A DNA stretch of 64,000 nt, taken from positions 129,847 through 193,846 of the forward strand of contig JAJEHN010000008.1 in the NCBI GenBank assembly GCA_022823665.1, written 5' to 3'. Of this stretch, positions 59,939 to 64,000 are shown piece by piece. The position numbers and the translations under genes are program-made. This DNA comes from Thermoanaerobaculia bacterium. Its GTDB lineage: Bacteria; Acidobacteriota; Thermoanaerobaculia; Multivoradales; Multivoraceae. Numbering within the stretch: the first letter of the stretch is position 1; every line of letters starts with the position of its first letter. The notes below the pieces were generated by a model. That model saw only the letters and a program-made list of their open reading frames with translations, did not search any database and was not told the origin of the DNA.

Positions 59939-60568
59939 ATGCAGAGCACAGCAGTACAATGGAACGAAGTCAGGCGCAGCCTCGAGCAGGTCGGGTTCGA
60001 ACCGAACCAGGCCGAGGCGTTGGTCGACATGGTGAGAAGAAGAGAGCAGCGACTCGCGACAAAGGACGACATGGCCGTCCTGAACGTAGATGTCACCACC
60101 CTCGACGCGCTCAGACAGGAAGTGCGAGATCGCCACGAGAGCCTCAGGCAGGAACTCCACGCACGAATCGATGCGCTGGATAGCAGCGTCAACGCGCGAA
60201 TCGACGCCCTGGACAGCAGCGTCAACGCGCGAATCGACGCCCTGGACAGCAGTGTCAACGCACGAATCGACGCCCTGGACAGCAAGCTCAGCGGTCAAAT
60301 GGAGACGCTGAGCAGCACTCTGAACGGCCGGATGGACGCGCTGGAAGGCGGCCAATCCGTTCTGGAAAGCGGTCTGTCCGGTCGGATGGACGGTCTAGCC
60401 GGTCGGATGGACGCGCTGGAAAGCGGTCTGTCCGGTCGGATGGATGGGCTAGCCGGTCGAATGGACGGGCTAGAAGGTCAACTGACGACGATCAAGTGGT
60501 TCCTCGGGGCCATGCTCGCCATGATGACCCCGGCCGCGGCCGCACTCGTCCGCCTCGCATTCCTGTAA
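59939..60568 (+). CDS. coiled-coil repeat protein with C-terminal transmembrane anchor (DUF1640-like)
   Basis: AAGGA RBS-like sequence 9 nt upstream of ATG 59939 (the track GTG at 59879 has none). EPNQAEALVDMVRRREQRLATKDDMAV resembles DUF1640 N-terminal regions. 11-residue repeats ARIDALDSSVN x4 and GLSGRMDGLAGRMDALES x2; C-terminal helix WFLGAMLAMMTPAAAALVRLAFL. Confidence 0.6.
   Translation: MQSTAVQWNEVRRSLEQVGFEPNQAEALVDMVRRREQRLATKDDMAVLNVDVTTLDALRQEVRDRHESLRQELHARIDALDSSVNARIDALDSSVNARIDALDSSVNARIDALDSKLSGQMETLSSTLNGRMDALEGGQSVLESGLSGRMDGLAGRMDALESGLSGRMDGLAGRMDGLEGQLTTIKWFLGAMLAMMTPAAAALVRLAFL
60161..60292 (+). repeat. in-frame tandem repeat, 4 x 33 bp (intragenic)
   Basis: Units at 60161-60193, 60194-60226, 60227-60259 and 60260-60292 differ at 1-4 positions. 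Confidence 0.85.
60371..60478 (+). repeat. in-frame tandem repeat, 2 x 54 bp (intragenic)
   Basis: Units at 60371-60424 and 60425-60478 share about 90% identity. Confidence 0.8.
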
Positions 60569-60574
60569 GGCGTT

Positions 60575-61978
60575 GTGCCCCTGCGCCTGGCTCGCCGCGA
60601 TCTTCTCAAGGCGTCTCTCGCCGGGTTCGGCGCCTGCCTCGGACTGCCGGCCCGGGCAGCGCAGACGACCGCCGATCGCGACCGCTTCGGCGGCTGGACC
60701 GAACTCGAGTTCAACGCCACCGGTTTCTTTCGCACCGAGCACGACGGCCAGCGCTGGTGGCTGGTCACTCCCGAAGGCCACGCGTTCATCAGTTGGGGCG
60801 TCAACCACTACCACGCGTCCTGGTGGGCGCAGGACTACAACCGCGATCACTGGCTGCGGCGATTCGGCGCGGAGGAGGTCCACGACCGGGCCTGGAACCG
60901 GGGATTTCGCGAGGCGGCCCTGGCCGATCTGCGAAGGCTGGGCCTCAACACCCTGGGCATTCACACGAACGCCACGATGCTCACCCACCCGCCTGGTCAG
61001 GCCCGGTTCCCCTTCGTCGCTCCCTACGAGCCGCTGGTGCTGTCGCACTACCTCAAGCCCCAGCCCGACGCCTACACGGACATCTTCGCCCCCGAGTTCG
61101 AGGCGCTATGCGAGCGCACGGCCCGGCGCGTCGCGGCCCCCTACCGTGACGACCCCATGGTGCTGGGCTACTGCATGGCGGACTGCCCTCCCCTGACCGA
61201 CAACGAAGCGGAGTGGAACGGCAGCACGACGTGGCCTCGCCGGCTGCGCAGCTTCGCGGCCCAGGCGCCCGGCAAGCAGGCCTACGTCGACTGCATGCGC
61301 GAGCGCTATGGCGACGTGTCCGGTTTCAACGCCACCTACGGCACAGGCTTCGCCGCGTGGGCGGATCTGCTCGCGGCAACGGACTGGCGACCCGATCAGG
61401 CGCCCGCGAACGAGGCGGAGCGCCGTGACAACGCGGCCTTCCTGCTGCCCTGCGTCGAGCGCTACTACTCCGTCGCCAGGGCCGCCCTCCGCCGCGCCGA
61501 CCCGAACCACCTCTTCCTCGGCGACAAGATCAACGGCGACACGGACGGCCTCCACTCGATCGCCGCCACGACAAGCCGCTACACCGACCTCGTGAACACC
61601 CAGCACTACGCCCGCTGGGAAGGCCAGCGCGACACGATGGACCGGCTGACCGACGTCGTGGGGCAACCCTTCCTCAACGGCGACGCCGCCTACACGACGC
61701 CGACCGGGACGATGCCCAATCCCCATGGCCAGCACGCGCGAGACATGGCGGAACGTGCCATCTGGACGCGGGAGTTCATGGAGAACGCCACCGCCCGCGC
61801 CGACTTTGTCGGCTGGCACATGTGCGGGATGATCGACACGGCGAACACGATGCCCGGCAAGGAACAGGCCCAGCACCAGGGTCTGATGACCACCCGGGGC
61901 AAGTTCTACCCGGAGATGGAAGCGGCGGTCCGCGACATCTCGGACCGCCTCTACGTCATCGCCGCATCAAGCGGCTGA
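60575..61978 (+). CDS. Tat-exported putative glycoside hydrolase (TIM-barrel, GH5-like)
   Basis: GTG start; RRDLLK twin-arginine signal; candidate NE(A) acid/base motif (LTDNEAEW). Family assignment is tentative. Confidence 0.5.
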   Translation: MPLRLARRDLLKASLAGFGACLGLPARAAQTTADRDRFGGWTELEFNATGFFRTEHDGQRWWLVTPEGHAFISWGVNHYHASWWAQDYNRDHWLRRFGAEEVHDRAWNRGFREAALADLRRLGLNTLGIHTNATMLTHPPGQARFPFVAPYEPLVLSHYLKPQPDAYTDIFAPEFEALCERTARRVAAPYRDDPMVLGYCMADCPPLTDNEAEWNGSTTWPRRLRSFAAQAPGKQAYVDCMRERYGDVSGFNATYGTGFAAWADLLAATDWRPDQAPANEAERRDNAAFLLPCVERYYSVARAALRRADPNHLFLGDKINGDTDGLHSIAATTSRYTDLVNTQHYARWEGQRDTMDRLTDVVGQPFLNGDAAYTTPTGTMPNPHGQHARDMAERAIWTREFMENATARADFVGWHMCGMIDTANTMPGKEQAQHQGLMTTRGKFYPEMEAAVRDISDRLYVIAASSG

Positions 61979-61994
61979 ACGGCGCGGGGCTCGG

Positions 61995-63207
61995 TCAGCC
62001 GAGCGCCTGGAACGCCTTCTCGGTTCCGGCGAGCGCCTGCTCGATGTCGGACTCCGTGTGCGCGACCGACAGGAACATGTTGTGCCAGGGGTGCAGGTAC
62101 ACGCCGTGGTCGAGAGCGTGGCTGCAGAAGGCGAAGCCCTTCTCCCGCCTGTCGTCGTCTTCGAACAGCACGGTCGGCATCTGCGGCGGTCCGGTCTGGC
62201 GGATCGCGTGACCGTGGCGACGCGCCTGTTCCTCCAGACCGTCCCGGAACTGCTGCCCCAGGCGCTCCACGACGGCCGGAGCGTCGACTTCGGCCAGCAG
62301 ATCGAGGGTCTCGATCGCCGCGGCGAAGGGCGCGGCCTGGTACCAGAACGAGCCCGTCACGAAGACCCGCGTCGCGGCCTCGCGGTACGCCTCGCTGCCG
62401 AGAATCGCCGCCACGGGTTCGCCGTTGCCGATCGCCTTGCCCCAGGCCGAGAGGTCCGGCTGGACACCGAACGCGGACCAGCTCGCGTCGAGCGAGAGGC
62501 GCAGCCCGGCCCGCACGTCGTCCAGGATCAGCGCCGCGCCTTCGGAGTCGCAGATCTCGCGGACGCGGCGCGCGAAGGCGATGTCGGGCAGCTCCTGGTC
62601 GTAGCCCGCGTCGTGCTTGAAGGCGGAGACGACGATGCCTGCCAGGTCGCCGGTCGCCGCGTCGGCGGCCGCTTCCAGGCTGGCTACGTCGTTGTAGCGA
62701 TACGTCGGGAAGTGGACGTGATCCTCCGCCGGCGTGCCGCGCGAGATGTGGTTGGTCCACGGCGCCGCACCGTGGTACGCGCCCCTGGCCACGAGGATCT
62801 TCCGCTTCTCGTTCCGCGCCCGAGCCACCATGTTGCAGACGGTCGTCGCGTCGTTGCCGTTCTTCGCGAAGATGGCCCACTCCGCGTGGCCGACCTGCCG
62901 CACCAGGCGCTCGGCCAGGTCGACGATAAGCGGCGGAGGCCCGTTCGCGATGTCGAGCCGGTCGCGCTGCGCGTCCGCGGCGGCACGAATCCGTGGATTG
63001 CCGTAGCCGGCGATCATCGGCCCGAACGAGCACATGAAGTCGATGTACTCGTTGCCGTCGGCGTCCCAGAGCCGGCAGCCCTCCGCCCGCTCGAAGTACT
63101 GCGGGTACCGGGGCGGCAGGAGCCGGTAGGTGGACATGTGCCCGTACATGCCACCCGGGATCACCCGCTCGCCCCGGGACTTGAGCGCCCGGTTCCGATC
63201 GAGCAAG
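61995..63207 (-). CDS. class III pyridoxal-phosphate-dependent aminotransferase (GSA aminomutase-like)
   Basis: Aminotran_3 motifs (VIPGG, DEVRAGLRL, SAWGKAIGNG with PLP lysine). The start is inferred as in-frame TTG 63207, because the track's 657-aa ORF overruns the neighbouring gene. Confidence 0.75.
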
Positions 63208-63211
63208 AAGG

Positions 63212-63742
63212 TCAGCCCGCCTTCTTCACCTCGAAGGGCACGGCAAGCCGCTCCCACTGGAGCGCGACCCACGAATCCACGATCACGAACTCCATCTCCT
63301 CCACGTGCTCGCCGATCGTCTTCGGCGTAGCGGACACGCGCAGCGCATCCTGGCCGGCGTCGTGCCGGAAGGAGCCCCACTGCTGCGCGACCTTGTTGAA
63401 GATGACGGTCCACTCGTTCTCGCCCGGCTCGGTGAACAGCGCGTAGGTGCCGGCGGCCAGCTTCTGCCCGCCTATCTCGACGTCGGCGCTGAAGGTGATC
63501 GTGGTCGCCTCGTCGGCGCCGGTGCGCCAGACCTGGCCGTAGGGAACCAGGCCGCCCCAGATCGTCCGGCCCTTCACCTTGGGACGTCCGTACTCGAGGG
63601 TGACGGTGACGCCGTCGATCATCCCTTCGACCTTGCCGTTCTTGCTCGCCCGGTCGGCGTCGTCCGCGCGCTGCGCCAGGGCGGGAAGAGCGGTGACCAG
63701 GAGGGCCGTGAAGATCAGGGGAATCGTTGCTCGGAACTTGTG
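63212..63742 (-). CDS. DUF2911 domain-containing secreted protein
   Basis: Signal peptide; VTLEYGRPKVKGRTIWGGLVPYGQVWRTGADEATTITF matches the DUF2911 core. Confidence 0.65.
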   Translation of the reverse strand, partial: HKFRATIPLIFTALLVTALPALAQRADDADRASKNGKVEGMIDGVTVTLEYGRPKVKGRTIWGGLVPYGQVWRTGADEATTITFSADVEIGGQKLAAGTYALFTEPGENEWTVIFNKVAQQWGSFRHDAGQDALRVSATPKTIGEHVEEMEFVIVDSWVALQWERLAVPFEVKKAG

Positions 63743-63803
63743 CATGTTGTCCTCCAACTAGAGAGTGTTGTGTCGGCTCGCGACCGTAGGATAGACGGAA
63801 ACC

Positions 63804-64000
63804 ATGAAGTATCTCGCACCTCTCCTCGCGACGCTGCTGATTCCGGTCGTCGGCTGCCAACCTACGGCCGTCGAAGATGCTCCACCCAACGTCGTGCTGC
63901 TGATGGCCGACGACATGGGCTGGGCCCAGACCGGTTACTACGGCCATCCCGTGCTCCGGACGCCCCACCTCGACGCGATGGCCGAGGCCGGCCTGCGCAT
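63804..64000 (+). CDS. 3'-partial arylsulfatase (N-terminal 65 aa in window)
   Basis: Lipoprotein-like signal (LLIPVVGC) followed by the sulfatase N-terminal motif NVVLLMADDMGW. Confidence 0.7.
   Translation, partial: MKYLAPLLATLLIPVVGCQPTAVEDAPPNVVLLMADDMGWAQTGYYGHPVLRTPHLDAMAEAGLR

Overview
This is a 64-kb, gene-dense segment of a high-GC bacterial chromosome. By eye the GC is high-60s % with near-saturated GC3; this needs calculation. The six-frame track is full of long antisense ORFs, so genes were called only where protein motifs are recognisable. I support about 55 coding genes, with no rRNA, tRNA, CRISPR, integrase or transposase. The PSCyt/DUF1549/DUF1553 gene, its DUF1501 neighbour, three arylsulfatases, many Tat/Sec-exported hydrolases and an SSF symporter point to a PVC-superphylum (Planctomycetota-like) or similar marine heterotroph. 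This is inference only.

Main contents:
- Six beta-lactamase-fold serine hydrolases, one of them a class A enzyme translationally coupled to a TetR regulator.
- An aromatic-compound catabolic cluster (7462-19375): Rieske dioxygenase alpha/beta, SDR, two VOC ring-cleavage dioxygenases, FAD monooxygenase, FAH hydrolase, PEP-mutase/ICL-family lyase.
- A cluster of D-aminoacylase, M19 dipeptidase, serine hydrolase and a YkvI-like transporter.
- katG.
- A cytochrome c / copper-monooxygenase fusion.
- A PSCyt2-DUF1549-DUF1553 + DUF1501 pair with an SSF symporter.

Two stretches look horizontally acquired or decayed:
- 19376-21545 holds a frameshifted C-terminal remnant of an HATPase_c_4/wHTH regulator, tiny ORFs and a DUF2335 gene.
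- 30823-37287 is a lower-GC insertion between an SDR gene and katG. It carries a co-directional three-gene module: a small unknown protein, a HEPN-domain protein, and a 1760-aa protein with an N-terminal sacsin/MORC-type GHKL ATPase and a C-terminal NOV_C/DUF3883 domain. I consider this the best candidate for an undescribed (defence-like) system.

Smaller observations: a 46-bp near-identical inverted repeat pair 20 kb apart (one copy forms the 5' end of a serine hydrolase gene); in-frame 33-bp x4 and 54-bp x2 tandem repeats inside a coiled-coil membrane-anchored protein gene; and a perfect 10-bp palindrome upstream of katG. Many adjacent genes overlap by ATGA/GTGA (translational coupling).
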